A stretch of DNA of 62,993 bases, filler included, from Reticulomyxa filosa (lineage: Eukaryota; Protista; Foraminifera): assembly GCA_000512085.1 (NCBI GenBank). It is 18 parts of 18 records of this genome, joined end to end, with 100 filler letters (N's around TTAATTAATTAA, not from the genome) between each part and the next. Parts side by side here need not be neighbours in the genome. Positions count along the whole stretch, not along the records: positions 1 to 1,901 come from ASPP01004884.1; positions 2,002 to 3,805 come from ASPP01018504.1; positions 3,906 to 10,225 come from ASPP01000052.1; positions 10,326 to 16,640 come from ASPP01027414.1; 14 more parts are not named here. One strand, given 5' to 3'. The first letter of the stretch is position 1. Every line of letters starts with the position of its first letter. Positions 1 to 12,650 of this stretch are shown piece by piece. The notes beneath the pieces are model-generated. The model had not been told where the DNA came from. It searched no databases and worked only from the letters and a program-made list of their open reading frames with translations. A program made the translations under genes and the position numbers.

Positions 1-900
1 CCAATTCAATTATTTCACGCCATCTCCCCGACGACAATGTAACCACTGTTCTTTTGCAATCCAATTGCAATATACCAAGGCTTTGATATCATCCACCAAA
101 TCAACACGAAGGTCATACCAATTCTATATCGGAAATATCATCATGCATTTTTGGCGTGTCGACATCGGGAGTAACATATACATAATTGCAAATACATATG
201 AACGACACGACAGGTATTTGATTAATTATGCATATGATGAGTTGATTGCATGTTAAGCTGGATGTTGTTGTGTGATCATAGGTATATAATGTCCATTGTC
301 ACTTTGGCTCATTTCAATTAATATCATCCACTACAACTCATAATTTTGGTGGCATCCGTTATCATATTTTAGGGATTGATTGCATTAATTGCCTTTGTTT
401 GCACTGTCCATTTATTTCTCTCAATAAGTTCATCTTGCACGATTCATGGACATTTGTTACATCTCTTGACATAATTCATATGTTTGATCGATATTTTTCT
501 TTTTTTTTTTCCACTTTCTTAATCTACTTTTCTTTTTTTTCATCAATCTTTTCTTTCACTTCAAACCTAAAAGATCCATGCTGATAATGTCTTGATCAAG
601 ATATATCACAATAACTGAAAATATAATAAAAGTATTACAGACCTTCTATGATTGATCCCATTTACCCGAATATCCACTCTATTCAGCATCAATTGCATTT
701 GCGTTTCCATGACTCTGATAAAGCTCTCCTTCCTGGATTGCATCTATTGTGTGTGTAGAGGTTATGGACATACCACAAAGCAATCCATTTTTGAATTGTG
801 ATTCTATATCTTAATATTGGTAATGTACTTGTGGATCGTTAATTGATGGATTTATGGAGCCAATCACAAATTATTTGATTTCTAGACATTACTAAGAGCA
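1..900 (-). pseudogene. Degenerate coding relic, possibly non-LTR retrotransposon (APE endonuclease region)
   Basis: The minus strand near 20-55 reads QKNSGYIVVG(G)D across a frameshift, resembling the APE IVGGDFN motif. Many stops and no intact ORF; weak support. Confidence 0.25.
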
Positions 901-1865
901 ATAACATTCAATCCTTTTCCAGAAAACTGATACATTACTCGATGACATAATAAATTGGAAGCAACAATGATAATTATATTGCCACATCCGATATCCGACT
1001 GTTCATGGTAACATGATTTAGATTGGAGCCAATTTGAGTAGTATACATATTGGAGGAGCTAAGGTATATTATAGATAGTGCCAATACAATCCACTTTCAA
1101 ATCTATCTGCATATATTTATACATATACACATATACAGTAATGACATACCAATTAAAGATTATCAAAGAAATAGAAAGAAATAACTACTTTTCCAACGTG
1201 AATTCGATCAATTTATCTTTTTCTACTTTTGATGGCAATATTTGTGAACTAACATACACATGTACATAAATAGAATACAAATTAAGATTATTAAAGAAAG
1301 ATAACTACTTTTTTTTCAAATTAAATTCAATAATTAATATTTTTCTACTTTGATATGGATATTGGTGCGCATAATAAAAGATATTGTTATCCATGATTAT
1401 CCACTTCTTACCATAATTCACTTCAAAGATTGATCTGCCACATCCAATATTTTATGTTCTTTTTCATCTCTATCATTTGTTGCCATCCGGCATTGGCATA
1501 TCTTTGTGATTTGATATCATCATTTTCATTGTTGTCGCGCAATAGTTCCATTTCTATAATGTGATAAGTATCTTCAAATTGTTTTTTAAAACAAACATAA
1601 AGAAAAAGAATAAGTAACTTTGTTTGCTATCCTCATGCAGGATAATCATTACTTTCATATAAAAAAAATTTAAAAATTACTTTACATTATTCTTTTTTCC
1701 ACTACATTTATTTTTTTTTTCTTTTTCATTTATTATTTTCTATTATTCTTTTTCTTCTTAAAAAAAATATTTCTTTTCCAATGCATTTTTCTTTTTTTTT
1801 TTCTTCTTTATTATACATCCTTTTTTCTTTTATTATTCCATCTTTTTTTATTAATGCTTTTTTTC

Positions 1866-1901
<36 letters not shown>

Positions 1902-2001
1902 NNNNNNNNNNNNNNNNNNNNNNNNNNNNNNNNNNNNNNNNNNNNTTAATTAATTAANNNNNNNNNNNNNNNNNNNNNNNNNNNNNNNNNNNNNNNNNNN
2001 N
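1902..2001. other. Artificial contig-joining linker (N44-TTAATTAATTAA-N44, stops in all six frames); first of 17 copies
   Basis: Identical 100-bp blocks at 1902-2001, 3806-3905, 10226-10325, 16641-16740, 17941-18040, 19824-19923, 27132-27231, 28244-28343, 36868-36967, 38454-38553, 40677-40776, 44910-45009, 48242-48341, 50522-50621, 51652-51751, 53994-54093 and 59216-59315. Composition and gene content change abruptly across them. Confidence 0.99.
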
Positions 2002-3805
2002 ATACAACATAGGTGAAGAAAAAAAAAAAAAAAAAAAAAGAACTCTGGCGCAGATGAGGCCTGCTTTGAGTGGTTATGCAAGGAGAGTGCCGATAATTGT
2101 GCAAAAGATGAAAGCTCTTTTACAATTAATAAGAGATCGGGGACAATCCCTGCTAAAACCACAAAGAAATTCAACATTGAATTTTGCCCAGCTGAACATT
2201 TGCACTACCAAAAGCAATTATATTGTATCATACACAATCAAGATACACCAATAGTTCGCTTATAATTCTTTTTTTGGGCGTGTCTGCCCCTTTGCATTTT
2301 TTTTTTCTTCTGCAATCACAAAGAAATAAAAAATGACAATAAAATGGGCACAATAGCACGTGGTGCTGTCAGGGACTGGAAATGAACAAGAAGTTAGCAG
2401 CAATGAAAATGAAAAGTCAAAAAAAGAAGTTTTCAGTGAAACTGACACATTGCAAAATTTATCGTTTGACCACTTGTTTCAAGATCATTTTGACACAGTT
2501 ATAGCGGCTTTTTTTTTTCTTTTGCAGCACGTTTTTTTTTTTAAACCTCCATCTTTGCTGCAAATTAATCCCCAAAAACAGTGCAACGTATATCCAAGTG
2601 CAATGGTATTCCCACAATGGAATGACTTGGTTGCAGCAACCTCTGGAGAATTGGTTGTCGAAAACAAAACCAATGAAGTCAAAATTGCAAAGATTGATCC
2701 ACGTGTGTTTACAACTCAAAAGTTTAACCTATGATTTTTTTTTTTTTTTTTTTTAATGTGCCCTATGAACACAAATTGTTTGCAACTTTTTGTGGTGAAT
2801 GTGAATACAAAAGCAATCTTTCGATATCACCTGAGTCATTAACAATTGAAGGAAATGGTTTTGGTATGTTCCGCATTAGTTTCCCTGCTTATCACAGTTA
2901 ATAGTCACAGTATATCGACAAAAAGAGTGGGGAGCATTTTTTGGTTTAGCGTATTCATGTTTCTTCTCTCCCTTTATGAAATACTGTTAGCCCCCCCCTG
3001 CCACAAACTAAATAGATAAAGATTTTCCACACAACAAAGAGACGGATGCCAACGCAACAACGAAATTGCCAAACGTAGATAAACACTCTGCAATGGAGGA
3101 TAATGAGACACAAATTGAACTATCAAATGCGAAGCAAGTTATTGCAAGGAACATTGACGTACTCCTTTGCTCATCGAATCAACAGACTTGTAAAGTTGTT
3201 GATGTGGATTTATTGGGGTTTGTGTTATCATTGTGCAATCTTTTTTCTTTTTTTTTTTTTTTTTTTTGTCAAACAAAAAAAAAAAGAAACAACGTATAAT
3301 GATAATCTCTTAGATTAATGCAAATGCTCCCTTCCAATGCTACCGTTTCTCCACAAGAAATACAATTTTCGGTGTGCATGCAGAATTGTGCATCTTATTC
3401 TACTGTCCTTATAAAGAATGACTCGTGTGACTATCCTTTATTTTGGAAACAAGTGCAGGATAAATTAACGAGAAATACGAATGAAAATAAAACTGAAGAT
3501 AAACAAGAAGCACGTGGAATAGAGGCCGGGAAAAAAAGGAATAGTGTCATTGCAAAAGAAGATAATTTGCAAGAGCAAGCAAAAGTAAATGATGAAAGAA
3601 CTTCATCATCCAATCAAATGCAGCAGTTTCGAATTTATCCAAATACTGGAGTTATAAGGCCCAACGCATTTGCCGTTATTGTGGTTCAATTCAAGCCGCA
3701 GTCAATTGATTGGCCACTCAAAGTGAATTTAACTAACTCATACGATCAAAAAGACAACAACAAAAAAAAAAAAGAGGCGATCATAAATTTTTTTTTTTAC
3801 AAAGT
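2002..3805 (+). CDS. Multi-exon fragment of an ASH/MSP (PapD-like Ig) domain protein, CFAP65/HYDIN-like
   Basis: Exon peptides include VSPQEIQFSVCMQNCASYSTVLIKNDS and QFRIYPNTGVIRPNAFAVIVVQFKP (the F.I.P..G.I.P.....V.V.F.P pattern of ASH domains). Truncated at both ends by gaps. Confidence 0.5.
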
Positions 3806-3916
3806 NNNNNNNNNNNNNNNNNNNNNNNNNNNNNNNNNNNNNNNNNNNNTTAATTAATTAANNNNNNNNNNNNNNNNNNNNNNNNNNNNNNNNNNNNNNN
3901 NNNNNGAAAACAAACA

Positions 3917-4040
3917 ACAAGATTCAACAAGTGAAAGAGGAAAGACAAGCCGTTAAAGTGAGTATTGTGTTGTTAGAATAAAGGGTTACAAAATTCACTT
4001 GAGTGCTATAATTGCTTATTACGACATCATGAGTACTACA
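3917..4040 (+). repeat. Dispersed repeat copy, inverted partner of 8641-8770
   Basis: The reverse complement caagtgaattttgtaaccctttattctaacaacacaatactcactttaacggcttgtctttcctctttcacttgttgaat aligns by eye with caagtgaaccttggaactattttattctaacagcacaataatcactttcacaacttgtctttcttctttcacttagttgaat at 8684-8765. Confidence 0.75.
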
Positions 4041-4794
4041 ATCTAGTTATTCGATATATTGTCCAATTGTGGATAACATGAATTAGCAGTCATTGGCATT
4101 GTTTATCCCAATTGCATAATTTGTATATTAGAGTAATAAATCGCAAAAATGTAATGCATCCGGCGCTTTAACTCTAGTTTTCGTATTTCGTAAAGGTTAA
4201 TTTTTGTATCACTAGCAAAAAATTTTTTAAAAATTTTAGTAGTTAAAAATTTATTCAAAATTTTTGTTTGTACCAATTTAGTGTCTTAATTTGAACAACA
4301 GTAGAAAAAATACGTGATGTCAAAGGCGCAGACAAGCGTATGAAGTCAGCTTTCAAAGAACATTTTGTAATGTTAAAAAAAAATATCAAAAAAAGTTCAA
4401 ATTATGATAAACCCAGTTGTCATTACTTTTCCTACGTGTTCCTCATAAAAATGTAGAATCTTACTTTACAAAATTACATTTTAATCCTTAATTTATTCAT
4501 TAACCAAGTTATTGTTTGTCTTTTCACATCAGTATTCGACTAATGTATTTAGAATTGGATTAAAAAAAAGTGGCATTCGAAACCAACCAAATTTAAAGAT
4601 ATTGTTCCAAGTAGTTATTTTTTTTTTGTACTAAAAATTTTGGAAACTCAAAAAGTTGAAAATAAACTCGGAAAAGATGATTAAGCAGAGCAGTAAGTGG
4701 AAAAGTTGAATGGAGACAGTTTGCATCAATTCAAACTTTTTTACCCTGAACCCTTTCTTTTTTTTTGAAATTTTTATGTTTACCAGGAGGTCTG

Positions 4795-5440
4795 TTATCC
4801 ATACATATGTGAAAAAGATGGCTTTTGTTCACTATTTTGATTTTTGGAAGTAGATGAGTCTGTGTCCTTTTTATTCTTTTCCCATTTTTGTGCTTCATAT
4901 TCATAGTCAACACTTGAGAGTTCATATCGACACATCGGACACGTGTTATTGTTTTTTAACCATTCTAAAATACACAAATCATGGAAAAAATGTTTGCACG
5001 GCAATGCTGACGCATCTCCTCCTGTCACAACATATTTTTTAAACTTTTTTTAGTAGTTGTCAATATCCTTAAAAAAATAGATGTGCACAGAATCCAAATT
5101 CCATCCTCTTCAAAAATATTACACACCTAATTTAAAATTTTCATGACAAACGGAGCAACTTTTACATTTTTCTAAATGCTCTTTGGTAATTTCGACATCT
5201 ACACATTCCTTTTCGAGTGCATAGCTTGATGCTTTTGGCTTTTTTCTTTGGATGACACACATTTTTATTATTTGTTTATTTTGGAATTGTGATAATCTCA
5301 ATTCTATTGTGTGCCTTTCTGAACTTTTGAGTTTGCAGATTGGCCAAGTTAACGTTGTCATTTAAATTTGCGTTCAGGGCGCTAAATAGCAAATTTAACA
5401 ATTGGTCTTGTTGAAGTTGTTCTTCAGTTGCTTGTGACAT
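4795..5440 (-). CDS. RING-H2 E3 ubiquitin ligase, RNF181-like (3 exons)
   Basis: Spliced product MSQATEEQ...[11 protein letters not shown]|[33 protein letters not shown]...FSHMYG*. It has a C3H2C3 RING and a C-terminal xMYx ending as in RNF181. Confidence 0.85.
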
Positions 5441-5806
5441 TTTTCTTTATCAGACACAAGTTTGTTCAAAATTTGACTACTCACTTAAAAATAACGTGTT
5501 TTTTTTTTGTCTAACCCTTTTCTTTGGTTTTGTGTTCTCAAAAAACGACCTTGGTTAAAAATGACTAAAGTGAGCAGCGCATTTTATAATATTTAAGTTG
5601 GTATCAGCTTATAAAGTAAAGCAATTAATCCAATCTTTACGCTCAAAAGCAATTATTGAAATTTCAGCAAACATAGATTAAAATGTAAACATACAGGAAG
5701 CTTTTGCATTATTAAATAGGATAAAAAACGTACAATTTACAATAATGGAAAAACAAACGATAAGAAAGTTTAGCGTGGATATCTCTAAAAGCAAAAAAGG
5801 GAAAAG

Positions 5807-7264
5807 ATGCTGAGTTTATTAAAGCAACTAGTAAATGTTGATAAAGAATTGCAAGCATGTGAAAAGCAAATAAATGAATTAAAATCAAGCATTGAAAAAA
5901 AGAGAAATGCTAAAGGTAGGGTTATTTGTTTGTCTTTGTTGTAGCGCAAAAAAAAAAAGTTTGAAACGAGACGGGAAAAAAAGACCAAACAGCCCTGACT
6001 GACTATGGCAAAGGCAAGGATATCAAAGTAGGGAATAGGCCACTAACAATGAAAAAGAGCCCAAGTAGTGGTCACTTTGGAAAAATTTATTGTTTGAGGT
6101 GGTCTACCGACAACGCCAATATTGTTTCAGCATCGCAAGACACCAAACTTGTTGTTTAGTTAGCATAGTATGACCAGTTTTTTTTGGAAGGGAGAGGGAA
6201 AGTGTATATATTCATGGACTTGGGAACAATTTTTTTTTTTTGGTAATAGATACGGAACATTAACACAGGAAAGAGGAAGATAATACGTTTAAGTTCCAAT
6301 TGGACGCTCGCCTGTGATTTTTCTCCTGAAGGAAAATATGTCGCGTGTGGAGGATTGGACAATGTGTGCACTATTTTCACTGTCGAAAATGATACGCGTG
6401 TATGAATCTATGACATACAAATTGAAAAACTATACACAAAGACTTATATATATACATACATATATATGTGTAATATGCACTTTTTTTTTTTTTTTTTTGA
6501 AAGGGGTCGAAGTTGTGCAATGGGTTTGATTTGTTTTTGAAAACAAAAGAAAACTGAATTGCGGGGACATATTGGATACATAAGCTGTTGCCGATTTTTG
6601 GATGAAAATTACATCATTTCGACTTCGGGAGACACGACTGCCCTTTTTTGGGATATTACGAAAGAGCAATGTGTGCACAAATTCAAAGGCCATCAAGGAG
6701 ACATAATGTCGGCAGCAGTCGACTCTGCAAGTCACATTTTGATTACTGTGTCGACGGATGGGACTTCCAAAGTATGGGACATTCGACAATCACAAAAGCC
6801 TGTGCTCGATTTTTCGAGATATCATTCCGCTGATATCAATTGGTAAGAGAGTCTATTATATCTGCAATGTATATAAAAAAAAATAAAAAAATAAATGCTG
6901 AAACATGCACTGGTGGTGACTCGTGCATGTCCGAAACAGTGTCGAATTGTTCCCTAATCTGCGCGCCTTTGTAACAGGGTCCGATGACAAAACTTGTAAA
7001 CTGTTTGACTTGCGCGCTTTTCACCAACTAGCGGTGTACTCAGCCTTGTCCTCAGTTACATGTATAGATACTTCTGTGTCAGGGGCTTACATCTTTGCTG
7101 GATGTGATGTAGAACCTTGTTGTAAGGCATTTGATACTATCACTGCAAACAATATCTATGATTTGAAACATCAAAATCGAGTGGCTACGTTGCAAGTTTC
7201 ACCAAATGGTACGTACCTTGCAACTGGGTGCTGGGATAGTCATCTTCGCCTTTGGACGCAATAA
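5807..7264 (+). CDS. GNB: Heterotrimeric G-protein beta subunit (multi-exon)
   Basis: N-terminal coiled coil (ELQACEKQINELKSSIEKKR), then GHFGKIYCLRWSTDNANIVSASQDTKL, VACGGLDNVCTIF, ELRGHIGYISCCRF, FVTGSDDKTCKLFDLRA and LATGCWDSHLRLW, matching canonical G-beta WD40 repeats. Confidence 0.92.
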
Positions 7265-8640
7265 TCCTTTTTTTGGCAGACAAAATACATTAATAACTTG
7301 TATCTAATCTAAAGTCATAAAATACAAAATAAACTATTTAAAGTATTTTTGTTAAGTGAAATTGATGTAGTGAAGTTGTATTAATGTTTATGCTCTTTTC
7401 CCGGCCCAAAATCACTATCGACAACTCTTGTTAGCATAAATGTTAAATATGTGAAACACAATCTTTTTGCTTTTTCATATCTTCAAAGTAAAGATGACAA
7501 TTTTTTTTTCTTAACCTTTTTTTTTGTGTGGTTTATGGATGTTGTCTTCATAATTGCCGCGTTATTCTTTTCCTCAAACAATAGATGTTACGTGTTAATG
7601 TTTTCAATTTTAAAAAAAATATCAAAGACCACTCAAGTCATTAAGACCAAAGGGTAGTAAATGTAGACCACATCATGACGAATAGAGTCAGAAAAATCAG
7701 CTATGCTGATCGATATGTCAACATTTGCTTTTGAATTTAACGATTCTACTAGCTCAGCTGCCGGATCACTTGAAAGATCGTCACAGTTTTGGAACAGCGT
7801 AAATCATGGCTGGACTTTATTTCCAATTGTTGGATCCTTGTGTATACTTGCAATATCAATCTGAATATGTTACACGTATACGCAAAGATTAATTAAAATA
7901 CTTTCTTATGTCTGTTGATCTTGCAACGCCATTACACTTACTATGTGCACTTGCTGTTTGTATACTAAAGCCTTGGTCAATGTATTTTTTTGTTCAATTG
8001 GACTATCTTCATTAGCTTGATCTTATCTACAAATGCATCAGTTATCACTATTTTTCGTTCAATTGTGATCACTTGATATGCTTGCTGCATTTACTATTGC
8101 TTTGGTTATCACTGATTTTTATTCATCTTCATGACTTTTATTTATTGTGGCTTTAGTTCACTTGTGCAAACTTGATATGTTTGCTATTCGTTTACTATTG
8201 CTTTGGCTATAGCTTATTTTGATTCACTTGAACTCACTTAATATTATCGCCTTTTGTTTAATGTAGTTTCAGTTATAGTTACTTTTGGTTCACATATTCT
8301 CATTATATATTATTGCTTGTTTGCCAACAATGACTTTATATGTCACTATTTTTTATTCACGTAAACTTGTTTTATATGTTTACTGTTGACATTATTATTT
8401 TGGCTTTTGGATATCTTGTTTGTATAATAATGTACATGTAAACTACATTCTTAGTTCACTTAAACTCATTTCTTGTGATTGCACTATGTTTACTTCATCA
8501 TTCGTTATAATGTTTTTAATGCTACGTGTGTTTGCTGTCAGCAGTTGATGATATGAATGCTTTCACTTTAAGTTCACTTGATTTTGTGTTGTTTCTGACT
8601 ATCAGCATGTAATTTAGTTTCTCATTTTGGATCTACTTAT

Positions 8641-8770
8641 GTATTGCTCATAATACGTCGTAATAATCAATTCTTGCAAAATCCAAGTGAACCTTGGAAC
8701 TATTTTATTCTAACAGCACAATAATCACTTTCACAACTTGTCTTTCTTCTTTCACTTAGTTGAATATTGT
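8641..8770 (-). repeat. Dispersed repeat copy (inverted partner of 3917-4040) within a degenerate ORF-less region 7700-9600
   Basis: Aligns by eye with the reverse complement of 3917-4040. Confidence 0.75.
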
Positions 8771-9784
8771 CATTTATTTTTCTTTTATTTAATTAATTGT
8801 TCTTTTGTTTTAAATTGATCAGAATATCGAAACCTTTCATGTTACATTTTAGGCACTTCTTTCAGCAGAAAACACAATTACTTATGTATTTGCTTAGTTG
8901 TTCTTAAGTCTTCAGTCATGAATTACCAGTCATTATTGCTAAAAGTAAAATATCGAATATATAAATATCACAATATCATTTTTTAAGTAATTATATAATT
9001 TATATTACTTACCATGTGATTTCCAACTTACAGTATCAAATATTCTTAATATATTGTGATTTTTCAATATCAAAAATTTCTTGTTTAAACAAGCTTATCT
9101 TTTTATTCTTTTTATTCTTGGTAAGCTCTTATTTGTGTTTTTTGCTTGCCATGTGCCACTTGGAATGCAACTTCTACCTTGTTTCTATTACATATCAATA
9201 CTGATTCTATATAATTGACTTTGCAATCACCAAACAATTTGCTAGAATTTTCGATAATTTGTCTTGCGCTAATTATGTTACAATTATTGTCTTGTTTCTT
9301 TTTTTGATCTCTACTACAACCTTATACTCTGGATATGCATCATTAATCGTTAAATTATCATTTTTTTCTCTGCATCAGTGAATATTGTAGCTTTTCATAT
9401 GGTATTGCATGTATTACTTTCAATAACTTTAAACGGTAAAAAACACAGCGGAAAATTAAAGTTTGAAGATACTTTTTCCAGTTCACTGGTATGGCTTCGA
9501 ACGACTAAGTTCGTGTCCAGACAATAACTGGTTTAACATGTTACTGTTCTCAATACAAATGAAAAATTCCGATACTCTTTTGGATCTTGAGATTTTTCCA
9601 TATTATTAAAAAGAAAACTAAATTGATCGATACACAGCCGTCAAGTAAGGGCAAGACTTGAAGATGTTTTAATGGCATCAATCATTCTTCAGATCTTAAA
9701 ATTAATTTAGTGGGTCTTTCGATTATACAAAAGGTGTTACAAAGTTATACCAGTTGAAAAAAAACCTTGCTCATAGCTCCTATC

Positions 9785-10225
9785 ATGTCTGCAACTAAAA
9801 ACTCGAATGAAAATTTGCGGCAACGCCAAGTATTTGCGACACAAGAAGAAAAGGTGGAAATTAACCAACTAGAAACATCAAATACGCCGCTTTTTTTACC
9901 TTGTTTAGCGTTGAGCTTTATTGTTGCATTGATGTGTTGTTACACTTACTTTATGAGTGAACATCAGTCCTCAACAAACGGGCGTCACATGTTTCAAAAA
10001 GATTCGAGAAAGATCACAAAATAAACCAACAGAACGCCTTGACAAATATTGTATTATCCAACTTGTTGGGAGAAGAAAACAGGAACGTGATCTTCTCTCC
10101 GTTTTCGATTGACTCGGCGCTGAGTATCGTGTTTGCAGGATCCAGAAAGAACACGTTGGCGCAATATTTAGAAGTTGTCAATCCATCGTTACTGAAATCC
10201 ACATCATCAGTTCCAAAAAAAAAAA
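9785..10225 (+). CDS. Serpin (N-terminal fragment) preceded by a predicted N-terminal transmembrane anchor; one frameshift near 9995-10000
   Basis: ENRNVIFSPFSIDSALSIVFAGSRKNTLAQ is the serpin s6B/helix B motif. The upstream frame carries the hydrophobic stretch LFLPCLALSFIVALMCCYTYF. Confidence 0.8.
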
Positions 10226-10325
10226 NNNNNNNNNNNNNNNNNNNNNNNNNNNNNNNNNNNNNNNNNNNNTTAATTAATTAANNNNNNNNNNNNNNNNNNN
10301 NNNNNNNNNNNNNNNNNNNNNNNNN

Positions 10326-10898
10326 AAAAAAAAAAGAAAACGAACTGGTACAAATTTAGAAGGAGCTGGTTTCGCTTTAGTCGTGGTAGGTGGCGCTCTT
10401 TTACTTGTTTTGGGTTTGGTTGCGCCTTTGTCGTCAGCCCATTCGATGAAAACAGGGTCCGATCTCACTCCTGTGATACCCTCGTCGATGTAACCTTTTG
10501 GCTGCTTTGCTACGCGTCCAAATTTGACCCAGTTTTGTCTTCGTTTCCCCACAGACTTCACCACTTTCTTTGATGTGGTGGTCACTCGGCCATGTCGCTC
10601 GCGCATTACGTATGTGTTTGTGTCTTTGTTCTTGAAATATGAGCGCTCCACAAAACCTCCTTTGTCGTCAATTTGTATTCTTTGTTGAGGAGGGAGTGGG
10701 ATATCTCCCTAACAAGGTTGGAAAATGATGCCATCCACGTGTCACGTATTTGTCGGTTTGTACAAGCACACAGTACACATCAGTTTGTAGAATGAGGCTG
10801 TTCTCAAAAATAAAGCAATATTGGGGTTAGTATTAGCTAGATAAGGATCTTTCCTTACTTACTGATTCTTCATTTTCGACAAGCAGTTCCCAATTCAT
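10326..10898 (-). CDS. EIF3G: Eukaryotic translation initiation factor 3 subunit G, N-terminal part
   Basis: MNWELLVENEES|..PLPPQQRIQIDDKG...KKVVKSVGKRRQNWVKFGRVAKQPKG...DPVFIEW matches the eIF3g K.VA.RK.W.KFG motif. Truncated by the gap. Confidence 0.8.
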
Positions 10899-11915
10899 CC
10901 TTTATGCTTGCGGTCCCTAAAAATGTGAACTTTAAAACATTTCCTTTTCGGTTTCAAGTAAAAATATTTACGTGTGAGACACTGAAGATTTACTTATTGA
11001 ATTTTTTGTCTTTGTCTTTTTTAAAACGCAAAACACAAGAAACAAGAAAAATTTTAGTAAAAGTGAAAGACAGAACCTTTTAGAAAAAAAAACTCTTGTC
11101 ACTAACAAATTGTAACAACTAGTAAATGTTCGCACCACACGTCGTTATACAGAGAATAGACATCCAACGTTGACAATCTCGTCCAAACTGCTTTTGAAAA
11201 TGTACAACTTGCAACTGACCAAAAAACATAACACACGAAGTCAAGTTAAGAAGCAGAAGAAAATGGTCACCAGTTACCAAATACAATCAGTTTTGCTCAC
11301 GCAGTTTAGATTGCATTTACAACATACACTATCGATGAAAATGTGCTATAAGTGAAATTTTTATTTATTGAACATTCTTTTACATTTTGATATTTTTGTT
11401 TTTTTATTAGAATGAGATTCTACAATTGAACTTTTTATAAAATTTACACAACATATTTGTGCAAAATTTATATTTTAGAGGACAATGAATCTCGCAGCAA
11501 TCATGACATGTCGATTGTTTACAAACATGCATGAGTCTTGGCTCAGAAAAAAAAAAAAAAAGAAATTTTTTAAATTTTTTCTTTACAAGACGCTGCTGAG
11601 ACTATGTTCAGGAGGATCTTGACTTATATTGGATTTTATATAATGTGGTAATCAAGATTACAACTATTGTTGCTTCTATAAACGATGATGCAGGTAACAA
11701 GAACTTGAATAACACATATTTTTCTTGTTAAATCAAATACAACACTGATTGTAAATAAGAACAAATATTTTTGAAAAGAGAAAAATTTTTGTATGATCAA
11801 GTAATTACAAAATTTATTTTTCTACTTGTTTTTTTCTGCTTTCAAATGTCTTTTACTTGGGTAGTAACTGACTAGAGAAAAAAAGTCTTGTTTATTTCCC
11901 TTGTAATTCTTGAAC

Positions 11916-12619
11916 ATGTCGGCCCTTCAAGTGAAGTTTGCATTGGATGCTTTACAAACACAACCTTTTGTGATGGTTAATACTGGCTTAGAAAACCTCA
12001 ATGTAAAGACAGTTTCTAGCAATTTATCACCACCAACAGAGCGCCGACCAAATACCCTTCCACCAAGGTTTTATACGTGCAAATATGTGAAAAACATTCT
12101 AGAAAAAAAAAAAGAAATGCAATTCACAAATAACAAAAAAAAGAGATCCAAATTTAGTCCCAGTGTGTAAATATTACAATTGGAAGTCAGGATGCAACAA
12201 CGAGCAGTGTAAATACATTCATCAAAAAGTGTGTTGTGAATATTTAACAAAGGGGACATGCGATAATCCAAAATGTAAATTCCCCCATCGCAAATTTGGA
12301 AGAAAGTTTTCGATTGACAACGAAAATCCGAACCATCGAAGTTTGATCAATTCGAATGTGCATTCCCAAACGTCAATTAACAGCAGTGTGATTTTCTATG
12401 ATCTGCCCCCCAACACCACAGACGATAGCTTGCGGAATATTCTGTACGATCATACACTTCATCAGTTCGTATCTTCCTTAGTCGTCAAAGAAAGAAAGGC
12501 CTTTGTTACCTTCGTCAATGCCGATGCCGCTCATTTTTGCATTCAAAAAGTATTCTTTTTTTATTTTTTGTATTTATTTCAATATGTTAACAAAAACAAA
12601 AAAAGGAAGTATAAATATA

Positions 12620-12650
<31 letters not shown>

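Noticed and set aside
1946-1957. Recurring TTAATTAATTAA palindrome as a biological repeat or CRISPR-like array
   Set aside because: It is always centred in exactly 44+44 Ns and encodes stops in all frames, so it is an assembly linker.
7700-8640. T-rich region with recurring ttcacttg/tttactattg-like motifs as a structured repeat array
   Set aside because: The units are irregular in length and sequence with no constant repeat-spacer pattern; most likely decayed low-complexity repeat DNA.
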